Positions 13,103-26,409 are shown, counted from the stretch's first letter. The stretch is DNA of 64,000 bases from Eledone cirrhosa (GCA_964016885.1 OZ024748.1:52328001-52392000), one strand, 5' to 3'. The notes: a model not told the origin generated them from the sequence alone. A program made the numbers and translations.

Positions 13103-13160
13103 CTATTACTATATATATGTGTGTGTGTATATATATATATATGTATATGTATATATATAT

Positions 13161-14340
13161 ACAGTATTTACGTATCGAGAGAGAGAAAAAAAGGGGAGGA
13201 TAGGTGATACATATAGTTATTTGCTCGCAAAAATTGATTTTGCAGCAGGTCAAGGGAGGTAACTCTGGCCGGTGTTAGGGCAGTCTTTCCCGGACAATTT
13301 TTTTTTTTTTTTATCTGCTACGAGATGAGGTTACAACCTTACCATTGTCGATACGCATGTAATCAACGATTATTTTGAGAGTGTTTTTCCGTATCTGTTT
13401 GTCTGAGTCGTTTGAGGCTGGGTCTGGTATGCAAGGATTGTTTTCTGTGTGTTATTTTGCAGCGCCTGCCCGCCGGGGTGTTAAGACTTGTTGCAGGGAG
13501 ATCCGGTGCACGGTTTCACTCATCATCCTTAACCCATCTGAAGAAGGATATTTTTAAGCGATGTGTACAACTTATCGCTGTTTCAGCTCTGCTGTTGATG
13601 AGCTCGTGGGGTGCAGTTATGATGTGGTAGAGCTCCATGAGGCAAAGATCGCATTTCCTCTTGAAGTTGTACGGTGCAGCCCTGCCGACAATCTCCCAGT
13701 GCGTGGAGAAGCTGATGTTTAAGTCCTTTAGTGATGTGATGTAGTCCGCGAACGAAGTGGAGTGCCTTAGTTTTCTATTTGTGAAAGAGTGGGGATGTGT
13801 TCGGAACCTAATTTTGAACGGGCCGGAGGTAGCCCCTATATAATGTTTAACGCTATTGTGGCTAGTAATAGTGCATCTATATATAACCCTATCAGTCAAG
13901 CAGTATCCTCTAAGGGGGCAGCGTCCTCTGTCGCGGCAGTTGCAATTTCTGTCGCGGTTCCGTCTATTTCCCACGGTAAGGCTATCATTGTTGCTGCCTA
14001 CGTTGTTACCTACGCTACCGCAGCTGTCGTTAGCACCATTACAACCCACAGCACGCGGGGTGGTGCGATTGTTATTCCGCACGTCATGTCCTGCATGTTC
14101 CCCAGTCATTTCGCGGTTATGATAGTTGCGTCTGCGGATGCCGTTGCCAACACTATTGGATGCTGCCAGGGAGTTGTTAAGGCCGATATAGTTATTGTCA
14201 GGTGTAGGTGCATCTGTGTCGAGGTGCTGTGCCTTGGTTATCTTACTGTGGTTCGTTGTTCCTATGATGTCTGCTAGGTTAGGAGTAGTAGAGAAGGATA
14301 TTTTTATATTGTTCCTATTAAGAATTTTTCTATACCTATG
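13161..14340 (-). mobile_element. 5'-truncated Penelope-like retroelement (C-terminal endonuclease, probably Hydra clade)
   Basis: GC/CpG-rich insert bounded by TA runs; contains the ORF below. Confidence 0.85.
13516..14340 (-). CDS. PLE ORF fragment: end of RT thumb, long linker, CxCx5C motif, GIY-YIG endonuclease
   Basis: Open frame HRYRKILNRNNIKISFSTTPNL..CNCRDRGRCPLRGYCL..VIYRC..HYIGAT..FKIRFRTH..HWEIVGRA..KCDLCLMEL..LINSRAE..CTHR. Stays open 77 codons upstream of the listed ATG, up to the (TA)n junction. Confidence 0.85.
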   Translation of the reverse strand, partial: HRYRKILNRNNIKISFSTTPNLADIIGTTNHSKITKAQHLDTDAPTPDNNYIGLNNSLAASNSVGNGIRRRNYHNREMTGEHAGHDVRNNNRTTPRAVGCNGANDSCGSVGNNVGSNNDSLTVGNRRNRDRNCNCRDRGRCPLRGYCLTDRVIYRCTITSHNSVKHYIGATSGPFKIRFRTHPHSFTNRKLRHSTSFADYITSLKDLNISFSTHWEIVGRAAPYNFKRKCDLCLMELYHIITAPHELINSRAETAISCTHRLKISFFRWVKDDE

Positions 14341-14346
14341 TATATA

Positions 14347-14397
<51 letters not shown>

Positions 14398-14879
14398 ATC
14401 ACTACCATCATCATTTTACATCAATGTTCCATGCCCATAGATTCCAATCTGACATGATTTCTACGTCAGGATATCAACACCAATTACTTCGCAGCATATA
14501 CTGGGTGCTTTTCATTATGGCACTAGTTGTATCACTTTATGGAGTGGGATGAGTGCATTTTATTGTGCCATGAGCACAATCACTTTCAACACTAGAGTGC
14601 TCATGTCAAGTAATGAGCAAACTACAGTAGACTATAATGGACAATTCTTGTTGAAAGAGTGTGGGGAGGTGGTCATCCCACTGTGAGAGGTGGCAGGAAT
14701 AGAAAGACTGTTAGATCTAGGAGATCACCTTAAAGAGAGTGATATATAGTGGTCATGAGGAGCAGATGTGTAAGTAAGAGGCCTCTGGCAATAAACTGCC
14801 ATGTGATATGATAAGGAAAATATTCAGAACTTCCTCATATCCAGTACAATGAAGATATATATATATATTAGTCTAACGC

Positions 14880-15101
14880 TTAACCCTTTAACATTTAAAA
14901 TGGTTGAATCTGGCCAGAATTTTTTCACCTCTTTCTGTTCAAACTAACCATAACTGGCTGCTCATAATTATGTTAAGGTATTGTTCTCAAAATAAACAAT
15001 GTCAAAATCTCATAGATTCGATATTATGTGACTTAGTTATGTGAGATCAAGTGTTTACCATGAAAATACAATGATATATATAGAGTAATGTATAGGGTTA
15101 A
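14880..15101. mobile_element. piggyBac-like MITE
   Basis: TTAA-CCCT...AGGG-TTAA ends; homologous copies at 33130-33899, 37052-37280, 47481-47695. Confidence 0.8.
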
Positions 15102-15278
15102 TATAGTAGGAAAAAGACTTAACATTTCGGATGCTAGTCCTTCATCGGAAGATAGAATGAGAAATAAAAGAAGAAATAGAAAGATAGAGGAGAATGAGAA
15201 GAGGAAGAAATGAAGACAATTCTTTTTTTTTCAAGAAAACACATTTGTGTATGTTCAGTCAGTGATTTTGTTGAAATA

Positions 15279-16301
15279 TATGTATTTGTCGAAAAAGTAT
15301 TCAAACTGAGGCCACATACTTAGTGGGATTCAATCGCCAATCCCCTCTAAAGTAGGGTGGAGTTGCTTGGCCTAGTGTTAAAAGTGTTGATCTTGTGATC
15401 ATAATGTCATGGGTTTGATTCATGGACTGAATTGTATTCTTGAGCAAAACACTTCATTTAATGTTGCTGCAGTATACTCAGCTGAAAATGAGTACCAGTA
15501 AGAGCTGGGGCTTCAACCCAGTGATAGACTTGCATCCTGTCCAGGAGTGAGTCTTGTACTGTCAGTTACTGCCATTGAAACTGGGAGAAGCACTGACCTG
15601 CTGAGCCTCCAGGCTTGAGACAAACTTTAGACTTTTTTGAAATAGGCTCCTTCTGTCTCCACACAGTTAGCCTAGAAATCCTTCCACTGTTTGAAATATA
15701 TCTGGAATGCTTCTTCCAGAATAGCTCTCAACTCTGCTCTGCCATTGCAGTTTACATGATGTCCTCCAATACTTTTAATGACATCTTTATTTGGAGGGAA
15801 AAACTAGAAGTCAGAAAAGGCCATATCTGGAGAGTAGGGTGCCAGGAGAATGAGTGAATTGACTTACTTTGCCAAGAAACTTTGGATTAGCTGTGACGAA
15901 TAAACTAGAGCTTTATCATGATGCAACTGCAATTTTTGCAAGACCCACAGATCTGGTCTTTTAACCCAAACTCCATTACAAAAACACCAAAGGACTTCCT
16001 GATAGTAGTCCTTTGTAAATGTTTGTTCTTTTGATGGGCTTATTTGGGCCTTGATATTGTTGTATGTTTTCAATGTGGTGACAGTTATCACAGCATACAG
16101 GAATTCAGGATCCTTGTTGAATGTATCGGGTGAAATAAAATTATCAGAGTAAGTCATTCATGGGAAGCCTGACAATGACTGACACACCCAGCAAGCTCAA
16201 ATAAAACTGCATGTGCTGCTCCACTATGCACTCATTTGTCTCCCTAATATTTTTACTTTCCATGGGAAAAATAAAGTTGGATACTTTTTGACAAACCTCA
16301 T
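15279..16301 (-). mobile_element. Decayed mariner (Tc1/mariner) element with a nested SINE at ~15356-15625
   Basis: Minus-strand VWVKRPDLWVLQKLQLHHDKALVYSSQLIQSFLAK (cf. mariner KRPxxW..LHHDNA) followed by a YSPD-like segment; TIR-like TATGAGGTTTGTCAAAAAGTATCC (minus, ~16277-16301) with a degenerate mate at ~15279. Confidence 0.75.
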
Positions 16302-16304
16302 ATA

Positions 16305-16372
<68 letters not shown>

Positions 16373-16424
16373 TATACGTATACTTATATAAAGACATAAA
16401 CATACACACACACATATACGATAT

Positions 16425-16700
16425 TAAATAAATGGAAACTATATTTATAAAACCATATTTATTTCATTATACATATTTCAGGGATACCAAATTAAAATAT
16501 GGTATGCCTTCATCAGACAAAATACAATATATAAACAGTTTTATAAATAATTTTGACGTACCCTATTAGATGCGACCATTATTTTTGGAAGCTGTCTGGA
16601 TAGTCCTATATCTACTCCAAAAACTTGTCGAGTGCTTTATATCAGTTATAAAATATTTACTTGTTGTATCCCAACAATTTTAAATAGAACTTTTGCACAC
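16425..16700 (-). mobile_element. Non-autonomous PLE-like element (3860 family), copy without the inversion
   Basis: Shares TTGTTGGGAT..AAAGCACTC..GGGTAYGTCAA..CTGATGA..TGGTTTTATAAATATAGTTTCCATTTA with 3860-4166. Confidence 0.75.
16460..16524 (-). ncRNA. Minimal type I hammerhead ribozyme motif
   Basis: Minus: TATTTTGT CTGATGA AGGCATACCA-loop-TGGTATCCCT GAAA TATGTA TA ATGAAATA; 8-bp stem I (2 G-U), 9/10 stem II. Confidence 0.8.
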
Positions 16701-17279
16701 ACACATATATATATATATATGTGTGTTAAACAGTGATGATTATGATGACGATGATATATATAAACATACACATGCATAAATAGAGATAGGTGCATGATAA
16801 CGTACAACTATATAGATAAGAATGTTATGTAAAGCAAAATAATAGGACTTGCTAGATACAAATATAAACGTTGTAAGTATAATATGAAATATATGTAAAA
16901 TATATAAAAAGAATTGTATAGGTTTGAAATATAAAAAAATATGAAATGAGTCAATATGGATGCTGTGATAAGGCTCTGGTGTGTATATTTATCTTTGTAA
17001 ATTGTTCTGTGATTGAGAGAAGAAATGTAAGCAAAGTATTTGTATATAGCAGGGTGGCTGAAGATTGTTTATATAAATTAGGATAGGTGTAGAATGTTTA
17101 TCTAAATTAGATATTAATGATAGATCGAGACAACATGGGGGACTGGTTTACTGTAAACCACTTGAAATCTTGAAGCATGTGGGGATATGATACATGTTGA
17201 GTGTGCTTATAATGGGAATGTGTAGTGGAGGATGTATAATGTATGGTGTGGATGCACAGCAAACCAAAAGACAGAAAGA

Positions 17280-17670
17280 CAAACAGATGAAATACAATAT
17301 GCGTTGTTTTGATGGAGCTGAAATGTGTCACTTAATTGGTTTACTTACTTTAGATAACATTGAAACTAAATTTAATTCTATAAAACTAGGTCAATACAAA
17401 GATGGATTAATTTTAAACTGTAATAGAAAATGACCAATTAAATAAGCTTCAAAAGTTTTGACCTTAGAATTACTGAATGCAAATGATAGCATAGTAGATT
17501 TCTTAGACACTACACTTAATTTAGTTTCAGTCACTTATAGTACATTTAGAAAACGAAATGAAATTATACAGTATATTAACAAGGGTTCTAAAACACCCTC
17601 CTCTTACTATCTGAGGAATTTAACTGGTAATACCAGTAAAATGATTTCAAATATCTTACCCAGTCAAAAA
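17280..17670 (+). pseudogene. Degenerate PLE reverse transcriptase fragment
   Basis: MRCFDGAEMCHLIGL..LGQYKDGL and IVDFLDTTLNL..TYSTFRKRNEIIQYINKGSK, matching the PLE RT MGSyDGAEvCeLvG, GLYrDDGL and vnFLDvtlnL motifs; frameshifted. Confidence 0.8.
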
Positions 17671-17809
17671 TAAACCTTACTAGTTATGTATTGCAGAATT
17701 CTATTAAATCCCCTTCATCAAAACTAAGTTATTCATCTGCAACACTAAATTAGTCTTCTCTTGCTAACAAATATATCTATATAGGGATATGTGGGGACCT
17801 TTTTTAATG

Positions 17810-18009
17810 TACAAGAGTAGGCTGAACTGTTCATAGGCTGACTAGGAAGGAGTGATGATAGTGCTGTGAAATCTTGCATGCATTAATTTCAACTCTTCTT
17901 ATTAACAACTGCATTGTTTTTTTCAGGGACTATCTTAAAAATAAACCTCATTTGTTAATTCTATGAGAGTATATTGGTTAGCCTATGAACATTTCAGTCG
18001 ACCCTCATA
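17810..18009. mobile_element. mariner-type MITE (TA flanks); second copy ~21972-22148
   Basis: TIRs TACAAGAGTAGGCTGAACTGTTCATAGGCTGAC / GTTAGCCTATGAACATTTCAGTCGACCCTCATA; shared interior GTGCTGTGAAAT..AGGGACTAT..AAATAAACCTCATTT. Confidence 0.75.
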
Positions 18010-18789
18010 TATATCCATGCAAGCCTATATACTTGTATCGATTCGTTCGTATGGCCATACAGGTGTGTATTTTTATACTTGTATATGTATATGTGAACTT
18101 GCATAAATCTAAGTGAATTTCTGTGCAACAGGTCATACTGAGTTGTTCAAGTATGGATGCACATATTCATTTGTTTGTATATTTCAGTAGCTCTCCTTGT
18201 TGGGGTATAAATGTACATGAGGGGTGGATTGGTAGAATCAGTAGAACATTGGACACCATGCTTCATAGCATAGTTAAGGCCTTTTATGGACTGAGATCAA
18301 ATCCTGCCGAAGTTAGCTTTGCTTTTTATCCCTACAGGGTCAATAAAATAAAGTACCAGTAACAAACTGGGGGTTGATTTAATCAAATTTCCTAAATATG
18401 AGTTAGTTGTAAGAAGAAAGGACTGAACAGTGGATATGAAGGATGGTCATATCAAAAGATAGCAGCTGTTTTTAATGCACGTCATCCAAGAAGGAACCAA
18501 GACTTTAGAGACACCCTGTATATTTCCATATATCAAAGTGCCCAGCCCACACTGTAAAGCGGTTGTGTAGGTGTCACAACAAAAAGCTCTCAGCACACTG
18601 TAAATGTAATTGGCATTAGGAAGGGCATCCAGCTGTAGAAGCCAAGCCTAAATCAACCCTATGTGAGCGAAACACGGTCTTCTGACCTGATCTCTCCCAA
18701 AGGGACAACCGGTCCTACTCATGCTGGTGTGAAAAATGGACGTTAAACGATGATGGCAATGATACGTATATATACATATATACATATAT

Positions 18790-18927
18790 AATGAAGGAGT
18801 TGTGGTAAGGAACCAGATGGACCATAACGCACGAGAGTACTCAATATTTAGGGTAGTAAAGTGGGTAATAGGAAAAAGTATGACCCCGAAGGCAGAGCTC
18901 TGCCGTTGGGGTCATACTTTTTCCTAT
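18790..18927. mobile_element. Hairpin-plus-tail element (7508 family)
   Basis: Near-perfect hairpin ATAGGAAAAAGTATGACCCC..GCAGAGCTCTGC..GGGGTCATACTTTTTCCTAT, 18868-18927. Confidence 0.8.
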
Positions 18928-19534
18928 ATAGATATATATGCATATTTATGCATATTTATACGTATATATGCATATTTATGCATATATATGCATATTTATA
19001 CACATATATATATAATACAAGGACGATTTGTTAAGCCTTCATTACGTTTATTGATTGGTGATGCGTGTTTCGCTATTGATCAGCTCAAGTTTCGATCTAT
19101 ATCAATCTGGCCTGACTCTGGAATCAAAAGTTAGTCGGACCTCTGTTGTAGTAATGACAGAATGAATATACATGGCATATAAATGTCTAACGTTTCATGT
19201 TCGTATGTTGGTCAGTTTCTGTTGTTTTGATTCATGGTTTAATTATGAGGAATGTTTTGGCATGTTTTTTTTTATCAACCTCAAATGAATAAAAGGCGAA
19301 GTGGACCTCAGCAGGATTTGAACTGAGAGAGTACAGAGTCAGAATGAATACCACAAAGTATTTCATCTGATGTTCTAATGGCTACCAATTTGCCAAAATA
19401 CACAAAAAACAACAGCTAGAAACCAACTAAAAAACAACATATATCAAGTAAGAATAATTTCGAGAATATTTTCGAAACAGCGAGCGAGTTTGAAATTATA
19501 AATGTAAGCTATCGCCATATTTTGACTAAAGAAA

Positions 19535-19656
<122 letters not shown>

Positions 19657-21535
19657 TATATATATAAGCATGTGTATATCTGACTGAAAGTAGTGATTTT
19701 TAACTGCAAGTATGTATTTTTTAAACTTGGGAATCAAAACATATATACTACATGTCTCAAAATCAAAAACAAAAAAATTCAATAGTAACAATGGTACATA
19801 ATTATATTTTTCCCTCTAGATAAATGAAATGATCTCAAAAGATGTCAAACTAATTAACAAATAAATGTTTTCATAAACAAACAAGGAAAATACTTCTAAC
19901 AGTATAAAGTTCCGCTTGACTGATTAATAGACAAACAAAATTCTTTCAACTGCACCTTTACAAATAAAGTTTATTCATTAATTATTCCATTGGTATAACT
20001 AGCAGCCTGAAAAAACAATTAACAAAACTATCTAGTTAATCCCTATTTAAGACCAATCCCCTAAAAATCCAAACAAGATCCAAATACAACAAATGACTGA
20101 ATAAACAACTTCATGATTTATTAATTGAATGCATGGCTACATGCAATTATTCTCATTAATTTCAGCCAAAGAATGGTAAAAATAATCTTCTCATACATAT
20201 TTTATTTACCATTCTTCCATCCTTAATTTCTCTTTGAAATTGATCAAGGCATAAAAAACTCAAACAACCTATTACTGGTCCCTCCATTCATTCACAAAGA
20301 AACCGCCTTTACCCCTCCCCTTCATCATTACACCCCTTCACCCCCACTTTCTCTTAATATGTTTAACATTTTTTTTTCCGGTGATTGACAAGATTCCAGA
20401 TCTCTTACATTTACCAAGTTTGGTGGAACTTGTCAAATCAGACCAAGGAAACAATGTTTCCATTGGACTTTCCATTACTGATACTATCTACCAGTCACCA
20501 CTCCTGGCAGAATGTGCAACATGTAATAAAGTTTCTTGCTCAAGGATATAACACATCCTTTGTTCCAGGAATCAAACTCACAACCGTACAATTGCAAATT
20601 CATTTCTCTAAGCCCTAAGCCGCCTTCACATATATATAACACATACCACCAAAATATTCAAACAAATTACAAACAACCCTTTCTAACAATTATACTATGT
20701 CTACATGTCAACCACAAATATATACAACCAACAACAAGACAGCAATTAGAGTCTGAAAAGACAAGCCACAGCTGAAACTTTCAGGTCACAGCCATGCCGG
20801 ACTAATTAGATGTGATCTGCTTTGTATTAGTATGTCTTCTCTTTGTTTTAATTTCTATGCAACTCAACAGCCAATTAGTAAATTCAAAACATCGACTAAT
20901 TTAACTCCTTTAAGATAAAATGTATCCTACTAGGCCAATGTTTATCCAACTCTGAATGTAGAAACCATATTTATAGGAATGAATGGTGCCTAATATTTTC
21001 TTAAAGACTGACCAATTGTCTGTTTACTGGCCAATAACATTTGATAAACAGTACAATACTTGGTTTCTTCAGAGTAAATAGATTGTAAATGGACCTTAAT
21101 AAGTCTTGTGTAATTTTTCAACATTGAATGGAAATAGTTTTAAAGAGTACCACTGGATTATTGTCTTTTAGTTGGTTTCTAGCTATTGTTTTTGTGTATT
21201 TTGGCCAATTGGTAGTCATTAGAACATCGGATAAAATGCTTTGTGGTATTCATTCCAGCTTTCTTCTCTCTCAGTTCAAATTCTGCTGAGGTCAACTTTG
21301 TCTTTTATCCATTTGAGGTTGATAAAAAAAAAGTACCCAGCAACAACAGTTAAAAACAAGCTTGGAATGCTGGCAGGCAAGCATCACATGTCTAGTTAAT
21401 TACTATGGTGGTATCTGCCTGTCTTTCACACACAGTCTCTCACTTACTGTATTTTTCTCGCAACATTTCACATGGGAAAATAGCTTTGGTTTACAAACAT
21501 TTTGGCTGATGAACATCCTTCAGAAATGAATTAAG

Positions 21536-21790
21536 TTGGTAAACCAAGGTGGCACTAAGGAGGCCAAGCTCCTCAAATACCGGTCGCTCTCCGACAGGTT
21601 TGCGGTTGTACCCCTGGCAGTGGAGACTTCTGGTGCCCTCGGCCCTAGGGCTACCTCCCTACTCACCACCATAGGTGCTGAGCTGGCAAGCTGCAAGTGT
21701 GAACCCTGCGAGTTGGAGTGGCTTTTCCAGCACATCTCCCTTGCCGTCCTCCAGGGGAACGCCTTCTCCATCCTGTCTGCCGGGGCTGTG
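21536..21790 (+). mobile_element. CRE-clade non-LTR retrotransposon, C-terminal restriction-like endonuclease fragment
   Basis: KLLKYRSLSDRFAVVPLAVETSGALGP..WLFQHISLAVLQGNAFSIL matches the CRE K..KY..F.P.AVETxG..FQRLS.A.QRGNA signature. Confidence 0.8.
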
Positions 21791-22219
21791 TGTGTGTGTG
21801 GGGGGGGGGGGGGGGGCATCGCGTAAAATTCCATATTTAGATATCTGTCTTCTCAAATGTAGACGCATGTCCTTTACCATAGTGTTGTGTCCCTAAACGA
21901 AATTTATTTCCTTTAATAGTTACAATGTAATTTATTTGAATAATGAAATAATAGTAACTGCCGACCACTCCTACAAAGGAAGGCTGACTGACTATAAAGG
22001 TGTGATGCTAGTGCTGTGAAATTTTGCAATTGTTTTTATTAATAACTGCATCGTTTCTTTCTAGGGACTATGTTAAAAAATAAACCTCATTTCGTCATTC
22101 CATGAAAGTATCTTGGTAAGCCTTTGAACTATTCAATTGACTCTTGTATGCACATAATGTCTACATCCCTAACAAATTATTTATCTACCCCAAGATTCCT
22201 TGGTGCCCACCAGATTATA

Positions 22220-22570
22220 AAGCATAGAACTCTGTTAAATGCATTCTTCAGATCAACAAATGCTAAATATAAGGGCTTTTTCTTAATTAGCTGCTTCTCC
22301 TGTAGTTTTCTCACAAAGAAGATAGTATTAGTGGTACCTCATCATCATTATCAACATCATCATTGTTTGTATTTTTGTCTCTTTTCTGTGAGGAATCTTG
22401 TTGAGGCTTCTTTCAAACTGATATGATGGACAGAAGTGGTGAAAGCTGATTTCAACATGCTGAACTTCACAAAGAAGATGACAAAAGAATGTAACAAGTG
22501 AGATGTTGTTTTGAAGAGGACATGTCCATCACTTAGAAGCATGAAAGAACAAACTGAAAAAAGATGATGA
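22220..22570. mobile_element. RTE fragments (RT piece on minus, 3' tail on plus)
   Basis: Minus strand VRKLQEKQLIRKSPLYLAFVDLKNAFNRV; plus strand WTEVVKADFNMLNFTKKM followed by (GAT)n. Confidence 0.6.
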
Positions 22571-23574
22571 TGACAATGTTTGTTATTAGCAAAGATGTGT
22601 TGCTGAAGACTGAATATTTTGATTTGCATCACAAAATTCCTGGCAATAATGCCTATTGATCCCCCTTACCACCACCACCAACATATTTTTTCTTTTAACT
22701 TTCGTTATGCCTAATAGCTTAAAAAAACATTTTTTGTTTCTTTTATGCCACAATGTGAAGATATTGCAAGTAAATGTACCAACCATCTCATCCAATGATT
22801 ATACATTTAATGATAAAGATATTAAAAAAACACAAGAAAATTAGCTATTAATACAGAGAGGTGATTAGAAGGTAACCATTACATGAAGAGTCCTCAACAT
22901 CCCTATACCCACCCACTCATATTTTATCTCTCTCCTAATATCTCTCCCTCCTGTCTCTCTCTTTCACAAACTTTCTCTCCCAATATCTCCCTCAATCACT
23001 TGCTCCCAATATAGCTCTCTCTCTCTCTCTCTCTCAAACTTTCTCCAAATATCTCTCTCCCTTTTGTAATCTCTCTCTCCCAATCTCCCTCTCTCTTTCT
23101 CTCCCCCTCTCTTTCTCTCCTCCCACCCTCTCTCTCTTGCTCTCTCACTCAATACATGTATTAGCAATTATTTGGAATTAACAACAGAGTTTTAAGAATT
23201 TCAATTCTAAGAGATTACAGATTCATAACTTCACTAAATGAAAATATTCAAAACAAAGAAAAAAAATTATAGCAAAATTACAGAAAAGCTACAAAAAATA
23301 ATGAAAAGTAATGGAATTTATTTAATTTTTTTTCAAGCATTATTTTTTGAAATTGTGTTTGTGTCACTATTTTTTTTTTATGTTGTTGACTTTTTTAGGG
23401 GTGAGGTGGGGAATCATTTTTGCTGTATCAGCAGCAGCAGTGGTGGTGGTGGTGGCAGTTGAGAGGGGTGGTGTGGGGAAATATATGCAGCTGATGTTAT
23501 TTGTTTCAAAGAGGTTTATAGAGTAAGAGATATATCAAATAATAAATTATGGTAGTCTTAAGATATTGTTGAAT

Positions 23575-24045
23575 TATGGTCAGGCCACGGCTTCTGCCTG
23601 CTACTGATACCATATAATCTTGTACAACCTGCTTTAGGTTTGTCTTGTAGGGTTGATTGTAGGATCTTATTGATATAACACACAGAAGTGTAGCGCCCCC
23701 ACCCTCTTGCAAGGGACATCAGATCTAAAATAAGAGTTGCGTCCCTTTGTGACAGTAGTGACCCCTGTGTCACCTACAGGAGGCAAAGGGAATTACGTCC
23801 TCTTGGCCACTATAAGTAAGAGGCTGAAAGATCAACTCCCTCTCTTTGACGCTTCGCAGCAGTCTCGTTAACAACACGCCAGAATGCAGAGCAAGTCCTC
23901 AACTCACCAACAGCCTAAGGAGACTCCAACCTCCTCACTATGAATGGTAAAATATATGTACATTTCATTATTCACTTCTATGAAGTAAATCAGTATAAAC
24001 ACACACTGCTGTTCTTATTCTTTGTACAATTGTAACACAAATATG
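23575..24045 (+). mobile_element. Possible solo-LTR-like element
   Basis: GC-richer island with TATAAG; GGCTTCTGCCTGCTACTG..CCATATAA..TGTACAA shared with ~24655. Confidence 0.35.
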
Positions 24046-24288
24046 TTTACTAATACCAACCATTCTAAAGAAGTATACAGTCCAGGTGAAAACAAAAGAC
24101 AGCATTAGAGATTTTGGTGGGGCATCATCATCATCATCATCATTTTACGTCCGCTTTTCCCTGCTTGCAAGTGGGGCATATATATATATAATATATTTAT
24201 TAATAGTAATAATAATAAATGTGAAGACTAAAATCTGAAGAGAGATAATGTATATATATATATAAATATATAAAACCGTACAGCAAAT

Positions 24289-24584
24289 ATTTATTAAAAT
24301 AACAGATTAAAGTTTAAGCAATGAATCACTGCTTTCACCCTTAACGGGATCCTCTGAAACTAAAAAAATCAATCTGAGAACGCAGAAGTAAATATTTCGA
24401 AAGACGTTGCAACCGAAGGAAAACAGGAAAACAAAGTATCATCTTCCTGTTTTCCTTCGGTTGCAACGTTTTTCGAAATATTTACTTCTGTATCCACAGA
24501 TTCATCTTCTTAGTTTCAGAGGATCCCGTTAAGGGTGAAAGCAGTGATTATTTGCTTAAACTTTAATCTGTTATTTTAATAAAT
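24289..24584. mobile_element. Fold-back element with ~140-bp arms in (TA)n; partial copy at ~28968-29050
   Basis: ATTTATTAAAATAACAGATTAAAG..GCAACCGAAGGAAAACAGGAA mirrored across a short spacer. Confidence 0.85.
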
Positions 24585-24604
24585 TAATATATTTATTATA
24601 TATA

Positions 24605-25360
24605 ATGGTGAAGTAGTCAGTAATGAAATCTGCTCCCTCACCAGACCCATGTCAGGCTTCTGCCTGCTACTGGAACCATATAACCATGTACAATATACTC
24701 CATAGTCAAGTGTTCAGCAACTAAACCAGCTTCCCCACCAGACCCTGATCAGATGAGGAGAGTAAGTGAATCCCCAGTAGCTCAAAAAACAAGAGCTGTT
24801 AAAAAGGGCAAATAAACCTCTCAGAGTCAACGGACACCCGCCTCCCTCCAACTATGTGTTAAGTAACCTCACCAACTTGCAATTGGCCAAGTGTGGTGAG
24901 TACAGCTACACTCTTGAAGATATGACCAAAACCAAACAGAAGGCAGTGGCGGTCAACCAGTGGGGGTTCCAGCAATAAGAGTGAGGAAGGATTGGATTGG
25001 ATAGAAGTAAACCAGGTAGGGGTTCCTCCAACAGGAGTGAGAAAGGCCGAGATTGAATTGGATGGAGGTCAGCCAGATAGGGGTTCCTCCAACAGGAGGG
25101 AGAAAGCCCTAGATTGGATTAGATGGAGGTCAGTCAGATAGGAGGTCCTCCAACAGGAGGGGGAAAGCCCTGGATTGTATTGGATATATATATAGTCCCC
25201 AACAAGGGGTTAAATAGCCTCACAAACCTGCAATTGGCCAAGCATGGTGAGTACTGCTACACCCCTGACTTTACCAAAGCCAAACAGAAGGCAGTGAAGG
25301 TCAACTAGGCAGCAGTTGCTCTAACAGGATTGAGAATGTCCTGGATTGGATTGGATTGTA
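24605..25360 (+). repeat. LTR-like element with internal ~60-bp tandem units and a ~95-bp duplication
   Basis: GGTTCCTCCAACAGGAG..GATTGGAT units at ~24960-25185; TGCAATTGGCCAAG..CAAACAGAAGGCAGTG at ~24876 and ~25229. Confidence 0.5.
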
Positions 25361-25445
25361 AGTTAAGTGTGAGGTAACATGACATTTTACAATCGTTTTT
25401 ATTTTATTATGTTATTGTTAGTGTAGTGCTGTGCTGTACTGTACT

Positions 25446-25496
<51 letters not shown>

Positions 25497-26409
25497 CTAG
25501 TAGTAGTAGTAGTAGCAACAGCAGCAGCAGCAGCAGCAATTAATTGATGAAGAATTTTGAAGATTTACCAAAATTATCAGTTTTTCAATTAATTAATGAA
25601 GAATTTTGAGGGATTTACTAAAATTAATAGTTATTTCAATTAATTAATCAAGTATTTTGAGTGATTTACTAAAATTATTAGATATTTCATTACTAAATTT
25701 GTACTTTAACATATGGTTCTTTTATAAAATTATGCTGGAAGATTTTAATTTAAATATGAACCCTTTAAAATTAATGGTTTTATTTCATAGGAACAGAGCT
25801 GGTCTGGGGCATGTTATTAACAAAAGAGTTAATAATATTTTAATGATGTTAAAAACAGTTGTTATTAAAACTGGTGCTATAATTGCTGTTGCTGTATTAC
25901 ATGTATATCATTTTAAAATGCATCATTGGATGTGCTTTAGCATAGACTGACTCAATAATTTGTAAATAAATACAGAAAAAAACTGATGTGACAAAATAAA
26001 ACGAAATTGATAAATAACGAAGTTAGAGTAGATATGAGTAAATTACTCAATAAATAAATTGAATTATTCATCACGTGTTGGAGTGAGTCACATTTTACAG
26101 GTTATACTTACATACATTCAGACACATACACATATATACACACCCAAACATGATGGGGTATATACCCATGGCAGCATGGAAAAATGGTCATTAAATGATG
26201 ATGAGGATGATGATAATGATTATATATACATATATATATCTATACATACATACCTACACATATATACATATATACATACATAAATAAATACATACCTACA
26301 CATATATACATATATACATACATAAATAAATACATACACATATATACATACATATATACATACATATATACATATATATATATACATATATATCTATACA
26401 TACATACAC

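Noticed and set aside
13789-14277. Plus-strand 162-aa ORF
   Set aside because: Antisense shadow of the PLE endonuclease frame.
19055-19112. Hammerhead-like GCT..AGC GAAACACGCATC on the minus strand
   Set aside because: CUGANGA core is not correctly placed relative to the stem and no stem I is evident.
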